From Candidatus Saccharimonadales bacterium (GTDB lineage Bacteria; Patescibacteriota; Saccharimonadia; Saccharimonadales; DASZAF01), in contig DATIIB010000006.1 of NCBI GenBank assembly GCA_035480055.1, positions 9,209 to 73,208 of the forward strand: DNA of 64,000 nucleotides. Direction: 5' to 3'. The stretch's first letter is position 1; each line of letters begins with the position of its first letter. The notes beneath the pieces were generated by a model, which was given only the letters and a program-made list of their open reading frames with translations, searched no databases and was not told the DNA's origin. Below are positions 25,903-34,837 of the stretch, in pieces. The translations under genes and the position numbers were made by a program.

Positions 25903-26800
25903 GTCGGCCCTTTGTGGTTTCTTCTTCGCCGTAGAGCGAGAGAAAAAGTTCTTCGAGAGAGGGCTCTCGGCTAAGCAATGTCTTGGGGTGAGCGGCGGCT
26001 AGTGTGCTCAGTAATCTGTCGATTGAACCATGCACCTGGCACGTGAGTTGGTGGCCGGTTACTTTGACGTCACTCACGTCTTTGAGCTTGCTGACATCGG
26101 GCGGTGAACTAGCAAAGGTCGCTTCGACAGTCAGAGCCGAAAGATGGCGCATTTCGGCCAGTGTGCCAACCTCGACCAACTTCCCTGCTCGCAAAATGGC
26201 CACGCGATCGCAGAGGGCTTCAACTTCGCCCAGGACATGCGACGAGAGGAGGACTGTTTGGCCGTGTTGTTTGGCTTCGAGTACGCATTCACGAAAAGCT
26301 TGTTCCATTAAAGGGTCTAGTCCGCTGGTTGGTTCATCAAGCATCAGCAACTCGGCGCGAGACATAAAGCCAGCGATCACATTTAACTTCTGGCGGTTGC
26401 CTTTGGAATAGGCTCGGACTTTTTTGTGCGGATCAAGTTTAAAACGAGCGATGAGCGCATCGCGATATTTTTCATCCACTCGTCCTTGCAACTTTCCCAG
26501 CAGATGAAGGGTTTCGGCGCCGGTGAGCGATGGCCAGAGGGTGGCTTCACCTGGTATGTAGGCCAAGCGGCGATGGGTTTCGATCTTTTGCGTTTGGCAG
26601 TCTTGCCCGAAAATGGTGGCTGAACCAGTGGTAGGTCGAATCAGCCCCAAAAGCAGTCGCAGCGTGGTGGTCTTTCCGGCGCCATTTGGTCCCAAGTAGC
26701 CAAGGATCTCGCCCTTCTTGACCTCCAGATGCAGAGGAGCGAGTGCTTCGGCCGTTCCATATTTTTTACTCAACCCTTCGATGTGTATGGCAGCGTCCAT
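25892..26800 (-). CDS. ABC transporter ATP-binding protein (DrrA/ABC-2 type)
   Basis: Walker A GPNGAGKTT, signature YSKGNRQKL, Walker B LLMLDEPTSGLD. Confidence 0.9.
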   Translation of the reverse strand: MDAAIHIEGLSKKYGTAEALAPLHLEVKKGEILGYLGPNGAGKTTTLRLLLGLIRPTTGSATIFGQDCQTQKIETHRRLAYIPGEATLWPSLTGAETLHLLGKLQGRVDEKYRDALIARFKLDPHKKVRAYSKGNRQKLNVIAGFMSRAELLMLDEPTSGLDPLMEQAFRECVLEAKQHGQTVLLSSHVLGEVEALCDRVAILRAGKLVEVGTLAEMRHLSALTVEATFASSPPDVSKLKDVSDVKVTGHQLTCQVHGSIDRLLSTLAAAHPKTLLSREPSLEELFLSLYGEEETTKGRHER

Positions 26801-26856
26801 GGCAGTTCCTTCTTACGTTATTCCTATATTGGCAGATATGGCCCAAACGTACAATC

Positions 26857-26865
26857 TGTTACAAT
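26857..26865 (+). promoter_or_regulatory. TG-extended -10 (TGtTACAAT) 6 nt before ATG 26872 (leaderless)
   Basis: TGtTACAATtatcgcATG. Confidence 0.55.
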
Positions 26866-26871
26866 TATCGC

Positions 26872-27516
26872 ATGCCAAAGCAAAAGCGTTTTGAAAATAT
26901 GCGTTGTATGTATCGGCTACTTGTGGCGCTGGCCATCTTGGCGGCTATTGCGTGGCAGTTGCGCTTTTTGTATCATGCTATTCCAGGTTTTCGGCCGTGG
27001 AATTTTTTGAGCTTCTTTACCATTCAAACTAATATTATCGGCGCCGTCGCTTTGCTATGGGCGGCTTTGGCGAAGAAACATTCAGCCGTACGCGATGTGT
27101 TCCGCGGGGCGGCAACTTTGTATCTGGCAACCACAGGAGTGGTTTTTGCGCTGTTGCTTGCTAATACCCCCGAGGCCGTCGACACCACGATTCCATGGGT
27201 CAATGCCGTTTTGCACGAATTGGCGCCTTTGTTGATTGTGATTGATTGGCTGTGGGATCTGCCGCAATCTCGTCTCACCGTTCGTCAGGTAGTATGGTGG
27301 CTGGCATATCCGGTGGCGTGGCTGGGGTATACGCTCGTGCGCGGCGTGGTAGTTGATTGGTATCCGTATTCGTTTGTGGACCCTGGTCACGATGGCGGGT
27401 ATGGGCGAGTTGGATTGTACGTGCTTGGGATTACCTTATTTGTGGTATTGGCCGCAGCAGGTTTGGCATTTGCCACAAATGGGCGCATTGCTGCCACAAA
27501 GAAAATGCATGCCTAG
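26872..27516 (+). CDS. Pr6Pr (FAR-17a/AIG1-like) family membrane protein
   Basis: WNFLSFFTIQTNIIGAV motif and 6-TM layout; start set by leaderless promoter and by end of divergent ABC gene. Confidence 0.6.
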   Translation: MPKQKRFENMRCMYRLLVALAILAAIAWQLRFLYHAIPGFRPWNFLSFFTIQTNIIGAVALLWAALAKKHSAVRDVFRGAATLYLATTGVVFALLLANTPEAVDTTIPWVNAVLHELAPLLIVIDWLWDLPQSRLTVRQVVWWLAYPVAWLGYTLVRGVVVDWYPYSFVDPGHDGGYGRVGLYVLGITLFVVLAAAGLAFATNGRIAATKKMHA

Positions 27517-28334
27517 CCTACCACGCGCATATTGACCCCGCGCCAGCGGAATGGCCAGTTTGTCGAAGCATGGACTATGCCCGCCGCGGCAGTCGTCTTG
27601 TAATTAAGAACAAAGCGGATGTTGCCTGAGTCAAGGTCACCCGAGGTAACAGTAAACCCGCTGCCGCCAATACCGGATGTTCGATACGAGCTGGGAAAGA
27701 TATACAACGCGGGATCGCCCTCTACGGCTGGAGTGCTTGTGCCGCTTGAAAGGTACCGCACGACCGTTGAGCCGACGATGACGCCAAAGTCAAGAAAGGC
27801 GCTACTGCTGGAGGGCGCCCACATAAACGAGGTGGCCAACTCTACCCACTCGCCAACCGCAGCCGGGAGTTGCAGCTCAAAGCCGGGCAGAACTTGCCAT
27901 GCGCCGATCGAGTTAGAAAGGCTCACATCTCCAGAGGTAATGTACGCTGAGCGGACGATAGGAGGTAGAGGAGTAGCGGCGGCAATGGTTACATCAACGC
28001 GGTTAGCACCAGCATTATCGGCTGAGGTTAGCGTAATGTTGCTGCCTTGGATTAAGTTCACCTCTTGCCGTGTTCCCTGGAGAGTACCGCCCTTGCTGAC
28101 ACGAATTTTTTGAGTGGTGGTATCGCTGGCAACCGATAAAGTTCGATCTGCCGAGAGGTCGCCGCCTCCGCTAAGCCCAGTACCACTGATAATCTGCCGA
28201 GTCACATCGGCTTTACTGGCAAGCGACCCACCTGTTTTTAGAGTGCCGTCACTGTTATGCTCGACACTGAGGTAGTCATTGAGGATCTCTCCCCATGCGC
28301 CTGCATCTTGACCAGGAACTGGTAATCGTGCCAT
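27513..28334 (-). CDS. tail-fibre-like beta-rich protein (no signal peptide)
   Basis: N-terminus MARLPVPGQDAGAWGEILNDYL shared with 39561 gene; G/T/S-rich beta segments (ISGTGLSGGGDLSADRTLSV). Confidence 0.55.
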   Translation of the reverse strand: MARLPVPGQDAGAWGEILNDYLSVEHNSDGTLKTGGSLASKADVTRQIISGTGLSGGGDLSADRTLSVASDTTTQKIRVSKGGTLQGTRQEVNLIQGSNITLTSADNAGANRVDVTIAAATPLPPIVRSAYITSGDVSLSNSIGAWQVLPGFELQLPAAVGEWVELATSFMWAPSSSSAFLDFGVIVGSTVVRYLSSGTSTPAVEGDPALYIFPSSYRTSGIGGSGFTVTSGDLDSGNIRFVLNYKTTAAAGIVHASTNWPFRWRGVNMRVVG

Positions 28335-28392
28335 AGGTAAACACGCCTTATGGTTATTTACTGCCAGTATATCAAACTAAGTGGGCGTCTGG

Positions 28393-28947
28393 CTACGCGA
28401 GCTGCCGGGCAAGCGCTTGCTGCAAAACGTCAGGTGCAAAAGCGTGCTGAACGTGCTGGACGAACTGCCACAATACCGCGGCATCATCATACGCACGGTG
28501 TCGCTCGGTTACCGTAAACCCATGGCGATCAATAAGATTTTGGAGTTTGTGACTGCGGTGCTCGGGGTATAATGCTCGCGAAAGCCGTACTGTGCAAAGC
28601 AATTGCGGATTAAAGATTTTACCCACGCGTCCGAACTCATGTTGCAAGAACGAGTAATCAAACCGCACATTATGTGCCACAAAGATCGCTCCGTGCAGCA
28701 CCTGGTGGAGCTCTTCGGCAATATGCGCAAACCGCGGAGCATTGGCTACATCTTGCTGAGTGATGCCGGTCAGACGCGTAATAAAATTGGGCACGAGCGT
28801 CTGCGGGTCGAGCAACTGGCTGTATTCCTTGGTCACCACGCCGTGTTCTACCCGAATCGCCGCCACTTCAATTATTCGACCAGTGGTGGCGCTCAGTCCA
28901 TTGGTTTCGATGTCAACAAAAACGAGTGGTTGCTGTAATATGCTCAT
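28393..28947 (-). CDS. DnaQ-like 3'-5' exonuclease (DNA pol III epsilon family)
   Basis: Exo I FVDIETNGL, Exo II AHNVRFDYSFL, Exo III HRAYDDAAV; start at MSILQQPL. Confidence 0.85.
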   Translation of the reverse strand: MSILQQPLVFVDIETNGLSATTGRIIEVAAIRVEHGVVTKEYSQLLDPQTLVPNFITRLTGITQQDVANAPRFAHIAEELHQVLHGAIFVAHNVRFDYSFLQHEFGRVGKIFNPQLLCTVRLSRALYPEHRSHKLQNLIDRHGFTVTERHRAYDDAAVLWQFVQHVQHAFAPDVLQQALARQLA

Positions 28948-28984
28948 TACTATCCAGTATACTTGGACCAGGAAGGAATCGGGC

Positions 28985-29545
28985 ATGAATCCTATTGAAA
29001 CGTATAAGCATCTGTGTGCTGCCGCGGCAGTGCTCCTGGTAGTGGCATTGCTCTTCCTGGTTTGGAAATGGCCGCAAGGCAAACACATGACGTTTAGCCA
29101 GCATGCGGCTGCGCATCGGTCGGCGATGCTTTACTATTTCCTGATTTTTACCGCTGTGCTGCCGCTACTCCTACTCTTTTTCTTAGGCTGGTTTGTCCGG
29201 GCGTTTCAACTGCCTGGAGCGTTTACAATTAGCATCGTGTTGGCCGTGTGTTTTCAGTATTCGGTTACCATTATTCCTGAAGTTGGAGGTTGGAAGACCC
29301 GGTATCACGTGACTGGCGCTTCAATATCGGCGCTGGCGATGCTGACCGCTCTACTAATCCTTTTGGTGGCGCCGACGGTGAATGGGATCGGCAAAAGTGT
29401 GACTCTGTTGAGCGTCGCAGCGATGGTCGTGCTTTTATATATTGGTGCGATCAATAAGATCAAACACACCCATCTGCTCTTTTTGCAGGCCAGCTATTAC
29501 ATCGCCTTTTTTGCGGCGATACTGACAGTAACATACGCTGGGTGA
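28985..29545 (+). CDS. hypothetical polytopic membrane protein
   Basis: Six hydrophobic segments; start at MNPIETYK after AGGAAGG SD-like. Confidence 0.5.
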   Translation: MNPIETYKHLCAAAAVLLVVALLFLVWKWPQGKHMTFSQHAAAHRSAMLYYFLIFTAVLPLLLLFFLGWFVRAFQLPGAFTISIVLAVCFQYSVTIIPEVGGWKTRYHVTGASISALAMLTALLILLVAPTVNGIGKSVTLLSVAAMVVLLYIGAINKIKHTHLLFLQASYYIAFFAAILTVTYAG

Positions 29546-31009
29546 TTATTCGTAGTGCAAGGCTTCCACAGGGTCGAGCTTGGCTGCGCGTCGGGCAGGG
29601 TATAATCCTGCGAGCAATCCGACAACCGTTGTTGCCGCAATAACGGCCACAATCAGCCACAGCGGTAGCCCAATGATGTTATGTGCTTTGACGCTATTGC
29701 TCGCAAATTGCTTGTTGATAAAAATGTTTGCCACTTGGGTCAGGCCATACCCAACGGCAATGCCAAACACGCCACCCCAAAAGCCAAGCAGTGAGGCTTC
29801 GATGGTAAATAGCCAGCTGACCGTGCTGCGTTTGGCGCCAACGGCACGCATGACGCCAATTTCCCGCGTTCGTTCCAAAATGGACATAATCATGGTGTTG
29901 ATCACCCCAATGGCTGCAACCAGCAGCGCAATGCCGCCAATACCACCGAGAATGAAGCTGATAATCTTAAAGACGGTAAGTTGATCTTTGATGAAGCTCT
30001 GGGCGGTCACTGCACCAACTTTGAGCGTCCGAATTTTGGCAGCAACAGCGTCTGCATTACTGGTCTGATCGACCTTGACGACAAAGCTAGGATAGCCTTG
30101 CTCGGCTAGCTGGTTGGTAACCTGCAGAGTAAAATGCGGCGCGGGCTGTGCGCCTCGTCGGCCACCCCGATTCCATTGATCATTTGCTTGGTTGTAGGCT
30201 TCTTGATCAGCTTTGGTCATCTGGTACTGGCGATTTTCCAGCAAGCCACTGGCCCATTTAAGCGGGAAGTACACGGTGGTGCTTTGGTCGGCAACCACCC
30301 CCACAATCGTTGCAGTGAGGTGGCTTTCTGGCGGACGATTCGCATTGTTATCTTGATTATTGTCACAGCCTCCATTTTGGCATTTGAGAAACTGCGCGAC
30401 CGGATCAGCCAGTGTCGCACCTTCACCGGTAAAATAATTGTTGGCACCAGAATTCAAGGTAACTTGCTTGCCGATTGCGCCGGCGTAGTTGCCTTTAAAG
30501 CCCATTTTGTCGGCATAATCTTGGCTGATCATAATCTTACCCGTGCCATCGTCGGAATTAAATTCTTGCCCAGCTAAGAACTCATGCTGGATAACACCGT
30601 TCGGATCGTACGCTTGAGTGCTCTGCATGCGTAGTTTTTGGTCGTTGTAGGTCATGGATTCGAATACATAGACCGATGCAGTGCGCGACAAACCGACTAC
30701 ATGATCAAAGCCTTTAATCTGCGTGGCCATAGCGTCAGTTAGTTTGGTGCAGTCGCTACAGTTGTTGCCGCCGCGGCCGGGTTGGGCCTCTTCGTAATTA
30801 AGGTCAGCCTGTGGCGTCACGGCTACCTGCTGCAACTGGCCAGTGGATTGAAACTGGCTGTAAAAGAAATCTTTGATACCGGTCACCAAAGCCAACATGA
30901 TGGTCACGCTGGTGGCGCCAATGACCACAGCAAAAATGGTGAGTGCGCTGCGTAGTTTTTGGCGCAAAATATTACGAAGCGCCATAGTGATGTAATCGAT
31001 AAATCGCAT
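29546..31009 (-). CDS. ABC transporter permease, MacB/FtsX type with large extracytoplasmic domain
   Basis: N-terminal TM + about 300-aa loop + C-terminal FtsX 3-TM bundle (REIGVMRAVGAKRS). Confidence 0.85.
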   Translation of the reverse strand: MRFIDYITMALRNILRQKLRSALTIFAVVIGATSVTIMLALVTGIKDFFYSQFQSTGQLQQVAVTPQADLNYEEAQPGRGGNNCSDCTKLTDAMATQIKGFDHVVGLSRTASVYVFESMTYNDQKLRMQSTQAYDPNGVIQHEFLAGQEFNSDDGTGKIMISQDYADKMGFKGNYAGAIGKQVTLNSGANNYFTGEGATLADPVAQFLKCQNGGCDNNQDNNANRPPESHLTATIVGVVADQSTTVYFPLKWASGLLENRQYQMTKADQEAYNQANDQWNRGGRRGAQPAPHFTLQVTNQLAEQGYPSFVVKVDQTSNADAVAAKIRTLKVGAVTAQSFIKDQLTVFKIISFILGGIGGIALLVAAIGVINTMIMSILERTREIGVMRAVGAKRSTVSWLFTIEASLLGFWGGVFGIAVGYGLTQVANIFINKQFASNSVKAHNIIGLPLWLIVAVIAATTVVGLLAGLYPARRAAKLDPVEALHYE

Positions 31010-31010
31010 A

Positions 31011-31688
31011 TTAGCGGTGCTCCATTAATCTACCGTCACGAATTTCCAGAATCCGATGAGCTTGTTTAGCAATGCTGACATCGTGAGTAATTATCAGGAG
31101 AGTAATGCCTTGCTGGTTGAGTTGCTTGAGCAATTTTAAAATCTCATCGCCACGTGCACTGTCGAGGTTACCAGTGGGCTCGTCGGCAATAATAATTCGT
31201 GGCTTGGTGGCAAGCGCCCGGGCAATGGCCACTCGCTGACGTTGTCCACCAGAAAGTTGGCTGGGTTTGTGCTTGAGCCGGTCGCTTAGTCCCACCGCTT
31301 GCAAACACTCGGTCGCTCGCGCTTTGCGGTCTTTGGCTTTCATTTTGGAAAAGACCAGCGGCAACATCACATTTTCAAGCGCGGTTTGTGTGCCCTGCAG
31401 GTTAAACGATTGAAACACAAAACCGATAAACTTGTTTCGATAATTCGACAGTTTGGCATCACGTGCTCGGGAAAGATCAACGTCTCCGATGGTCACCGTG
31501 CCGCTAGATGGCCGATCCAGTCCGCCGATAATATTCGCCAGTGTGGATTTGCCTGACCCAGATGGACCGGTAATGGCGACAAAATCGCCCTCGTTGACCA
31601 GCAACGACACGTCGTGAAGCGCGTGCAGCGTCTCGTCGCCAAGATGATATGTTTTGGTAATGTCACGCAGTTCAATAATATGGGGCAT
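31011..31688 (-). CDS. ABC transporter ATP-binding protein (MacB/LolD type)
   Basis: Walker A GPSGSGKST, signature LSGGQRQRVAIARAL, Walker B IIIADEPTGNLD. Confidence 0.9.
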   Translation of the reverse strand: MPHIIELRDITKTYHLGDETLHALHDVSLLVNEGDFVAITGPSGSGKSTLANIIGGLDRPSSGTVTIGDVDLSRARDAKLSNYRNKFIGFVFQSFNLQGTQTALENVMLPLVFSKMKAKDRKARATECLQAVGLSDRLKHKPSQLSGGQRQRVAIARALATKPRIIIADEPTGNLDSARGDEILKLLKQLNQQGITLLIITHDVSIAKQAHRILEIRDGRLMEHR

Positions 31689-31752
31689 ACGTATACCTTA
31701 TTCCCCTAAGCATAAGGGGAATATATTTAAAATACAACAGTATATTCTGAGT

Positions 31753-33234
31753 CTAGTAGCCCGAGAAGTGATCGGTACGAATGTGCTGACGCGGAATGCT
31801 CATCTGCTGTAGCAGGGCTTGGTTGGTCTCTACCATATGATTTGGACCTGAGATATAGAAGTGGGTATCGGCATAATTTGGCGTGAGAGTGCGAAGTTGG
31901 TCGGCGGTGAGGTGGGATTTGACGAATACCTTGACTCGGGCGCCAATTGCGGCCGCCTGGGCAAGTACGTCACGGTAACTGACATCTGCTGGGTCACTGA
32001 CAAAATAGAGTAACAGGATATCACGTTGCTGCTCCGTGTCGATCAGATATTTAAGCATACTGCGAAATGGCGTAATGCCAATACCGCCGGCAATGAAGAC
32101 TAATTTTTGGCTTGGATCAGTTGGCAGGACAAAGTCGCCGGCGATCTGGCCAGCAATAACCTTATCGCCTGGATTCAAGCGAGCCAATGCTTGTTTGAAA
32201 CTACTGGAGGGCGTATAGAATCTTACTCCCAGCGCAAGAGTTGACTCGGTTGGTGAGGAGGCAATGGTGAAGGTCCGACGATTGCCGCGACCGTCGGTTT
32301 GGGGGTGCGGCAAGGTGACTTCTATATATTGTCCGGGTAGAAAAGTGGGAATACGATCAGGCGTAAAGCGAAGGTCTAGTATTCGTGGCCCCATCTGTGT
32401 TTTGCTCGCCAGTCGCAAACGCAATTTGTACCGTGGGCTCACCAGATAGGCAAAGAAGTTACCAAATACCAATGCCGCTTCTGGGGTTGCTGCAATTGTA
32501 TCAAGGTGGAGCTGCGACGCAAAGGCACTGCCCACTAACAGCCCATACATCACACGTGTGCGATTACGCGGTGGCATAGTGGCGGGTTCGGTTAGCATAA
32601 TGGTGCCAAAAAAGATAAGCGGCCAAGAAGTAAACGCTTGCGAAAGAGTGTACCTGGTCTCATGCCCGTGGATGTGCCCAATGATCACCATCACCGCCAA
32701 TGCCGCGGCTGTAAAACTCGCCACCAACTGGAAGCGTCGCAGTTTGCGAACCACCAATAAGCCCAGCACCAAGGTGTACGGAAGCATTGCTTTGCTGCCC
32801 ACCCACCAACTGGCTTGCAGCAAATTGGCAAGGCTCAGCGCCAGCACCGCAATTGCGGCCGGGTTAAAAAGATGTTTGGCGCGAAAAGCAATCAAGTACT
32901 TTGAGGCAATCGCCAGCATTCCTGCCAAGGCGATGGCGATCCAGATGCGCAAACTGGTAGCTGGCGGTAAAATACAGGCCAAAATGAGCGCGGTGATTAA
33001 CGATGATTCGCTATTACTGGCGGCATCCCATGCAAACGCGAGTCCTCGATTGGTGATGTAACAGACCCCGAGTAGCGTCGCTGTCGAAAGGATCAGCGAA
33101 TTTCCAGATATCGACAGCGTGCCCGCGTAGCTGAGCCCCACGCCAACGCTTACTAGCAATCCCAGTCCATACAGCACCAGGCGGTACATAGTGATGCGGT
33201 CGAGAAGATCATCGACGATGCGGACTAATCTCAT
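31753..33234 (-). CDS. fusion protein: polytopic membrane domain (RnfD/NqrB-like motifs) + FNR-like FAD/NAD(P)H oxidoreductase domain
   Basis: aa 1-270 about 8 TM with HLFNPAA and MLTEPATMP; aa 280-493 ferredoxin-reductase fold (RRTFTIAS, FIAGGIGITPF, C-terminal DHFSGY); start overlaps apbE stop (ATGA). Confidence 0.7.
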   Translation of the reverse strand: MRLVRIVDDLLDRITMYRLVLYGLGLLVSVGVGLSYAGTLSISGNSLILSTATLLGVCYITNRGLAFAWDAASNSESSLITALILACILPPATSLRIWIAIALAGMLAIASKYLIAFRAKHLFNPAAIAVLALSLANLLQASWWVGSKAMLPYTLVLGLLVVRKLRRFQLVASFTAAALAVMVIIGHIHGHETRYTLSQAFTSWPLIFFGTIMLTEPATMPPRNRTRVMYGLLVGSAFASQLHLDTIAATPEAALVFGNFFAYLVSPRYKLRLRLASKTQMGPRILDLRFTPDRIPTFLPGQYIEVTLPHPQTDGRGNRRTFTIASSPTESTLALGVRFYTPSSSFKQALARLNPGDKVIAGQIAGDFVLPTDPSQKLVFIAGGIGITPFRSMLKYLIDTEQQRDILLLYFVSDPADVSYRDVLAQAAAIGARVKVFVKSHLTADQLRTLTPNYADTHFYISGPNHMVETNQALLQQMSIPRQHIRTDHFSGY

Positions 33235-34118
33235 GCTGCGAGCTCCTTTTGAGTTGTAAAGAATGTTGCCGGAAAATGAGGGGAGTGCACCAAAGATCGA
33301 TCGGCATAAATCAGCGCATACTCGAAAGTATACTGTGCTAACTGCTCCGGCGATACAAAAAAGAGCGCGGTAGTGAGGGCATCGGCGAGCCGAGTGCTCT
33401 CAGCCGTTACCCACACAGCCTGGATGTGCGTGGGCGAGACGAGCTTAACTGGATCAATAATATGATGAAATGTATCCCACTTGCGGTAACTTCCGGCCGA
33501 CCCACAAAGGCTTTGATTGCCAAGGTGGACAACTCCGATGGCGCGGGTGGCATCGTTTGGATCTTCCAACCCTACCTCCAGCAAGTGAGTATCTTTAGAG
33601 CGGTGGAGCATGTCGCCACCAGCATCGATACAGAATGACGTAATCTTATGGTCAAGCAGTATGCCAGCCACAATATCCACCAGGTAACCCTTGCCGATTG
33701 CGCCCATATCAAGCAGCGCCGGCTGTAACATCTCCACATGCGGATAGTTATATATAAGTGTGTCTTCCCAGCGCCGCGCCGGGTGGATCGCTTTGGGCTG
33801 CAAGCTATATGTGGCATCATACCCAGCGTCCACCAGCACTTGGCCGATCAGCGGGGTCATTTTGCCGTCTGTCGCGTTGTACAGTTCTTGGTACAGATCA
33901 AACAGGGGTTTGGCATCAGCCGGCAAGGTGAAACGGCCAGTCTGAGTGGCGATCTGGCTAATCCAAGAATCAGGGCGAAATCGAGAGTAGTGTGCGTCAA
34001 ATACCTCAATCCGCTGTGTGACTTGTCGCCGCAGCGTCTTGGCGGTGGCACCAGACAACGGCTCAAATATATCAATTGCCCACTGGGTGCCAATAGCCGT
34101 AAATGCCCAATGGGGCAT
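33231..34118 (-). CDS. apbE: FAD:protein FMN transferase (ApbE family)
   Basis: FTAIGTQW.., AIGKGYLVD, DAGGDM, SLCGSAGSYRKW..HHIIDP motifs; start at Met15 (34118) just after upstream stop; no signal peptide seen. Confidence 0.85.
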   Translation of the reverse strand: MPHWAFTAIGTQWAIDIFEPLSGATAKTLRRQVTQRIEVFDAHYSRFRPDSWISQIATQTGRFTLPADAKPLFDLYQELYNATDGKMTPLIGQVLVDAGYDATYSLQPKAIHPARRWEDTLIYNYPHVEMLQPALLDMGAIGKGYLVDIVAGILLDHKITSFCIDAGGDMLHRSKDTHLLEVGLEDPNDATRAIGVVHLGNQSLCGSAGSYRKWDTFHHIIDPVKLVSPTHIQAVWVTAESTRLADALTTALFFVSPEQLAQYTFEYALIYADRSLVHSPHFPATFFTTQKELAA

Positions 34119-34122
34119 ATGG

Positions 34123-34620
34123 CTAGTATTTGGCTTGCGTCTTGATCTGCGCAACTGCATCGTTAAAGCCTTGAGTGGTAAGAGAAGCGCCAGAGATACG
34201 ATTGAGACGCAAGCTGCTCACTTCTTTTCCCACCACGTATGTTTTGTAGTCTTCGATAAAGACGTTTTGAAATTCTCGGCTGTCGCGGTCGTACGCTTGA
34301 GGGAGAACAGTTGAATCCGTAACGATATCGTTCTTAATAGTGAGGCTCACTTGCATCGACTCTTGGCCGCCAGGTGAGTCATAGCTGTCGGTAACAGTGT
34401 ACGTGCCATCCTTATACATTTGGTTTGCGGAGGTGCTGGAGGATTGTGTAGATGAAGTAGGAGTTGCTGCGGTGCTGGTGGTGACTACCGGAGTTGCTGT
34501 TGGCGTTGCTTTTTTGGTCGACAAAGCCTCGATGCTCATCACTGCCATAATGGTGACAATAATCACCGCAATTGTTGCGGCCATCTTTTTATTTGGTGTT
34601 TGATCAGCGTTTGGTTGCAT
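34123..34620 (-). CDS. membrane-anchored FMN-binding domain protein (flavinylation substrate)
   Basis: N-terminal TM anchor, S/T-rich linker, FMN_bind fold YKDGTYTV...; canonical flavinylation motif NRISGASLT (SGAS encoded 34183-34194); AAGGAG SD. Confidence 0.8.
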   Translation of the reverse strand: MQPNADQTPNKKMAATIAVIIVTIMAVMSIEALSTKKATPTATPVVTTSTAATPTSSTQSSSTSANQMYKDGTYTVTDSYDSPGGQESMQVSLTIKNDIVTDSTVLPQAYDRDSREFQNVFIEDYKTYVVGKEVSSLRLNRISGASLTTQGFNDAVAQIKTQAKY

Positions 34621-34706
34621 CGTCGCTCCTTTAGTGCTCAGCATACGATATGATGAGATCCTGAGGTAGAGCTGGGATTAAGCTAATTGCAATACAAATG
34701 AGACCA

Positions 34707-34735
34707 TTGACTCTTCAAAAAGTTTATGTTACTAT
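34707..34735 (+). promoter_or_regulatory. sigma70-type promoter of DEAD-box helicase gene (-35 TTGACT, 17 bp, TGtTACTAT)
   Basis: TTGACTcttcaaaaagtttaTGtTACTAT; leaves about 95-nt 5' UTR. Confidence 0.65.
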
Positions 34736-34837
34736 CTTTACATTGTTTCGATGAATCCGGGTGTTGGTAGGTTGGTTACTCGATTTCATTGCTGACAATC
34801 GATATACCAATTTACTACATAAAAGGATTCTATTTTT

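Noticed and set aside
31699-31722. Hairpin ATTCCCCT-aagcat-AAGGGGAAT between the flavin operon and the MacB-type ABC genes, as a terminator
   Set aside because: There is no U-tract on the - strand after the stem. It may be an RNA-processing or protein-binding site, but the evidence is too weak to call.
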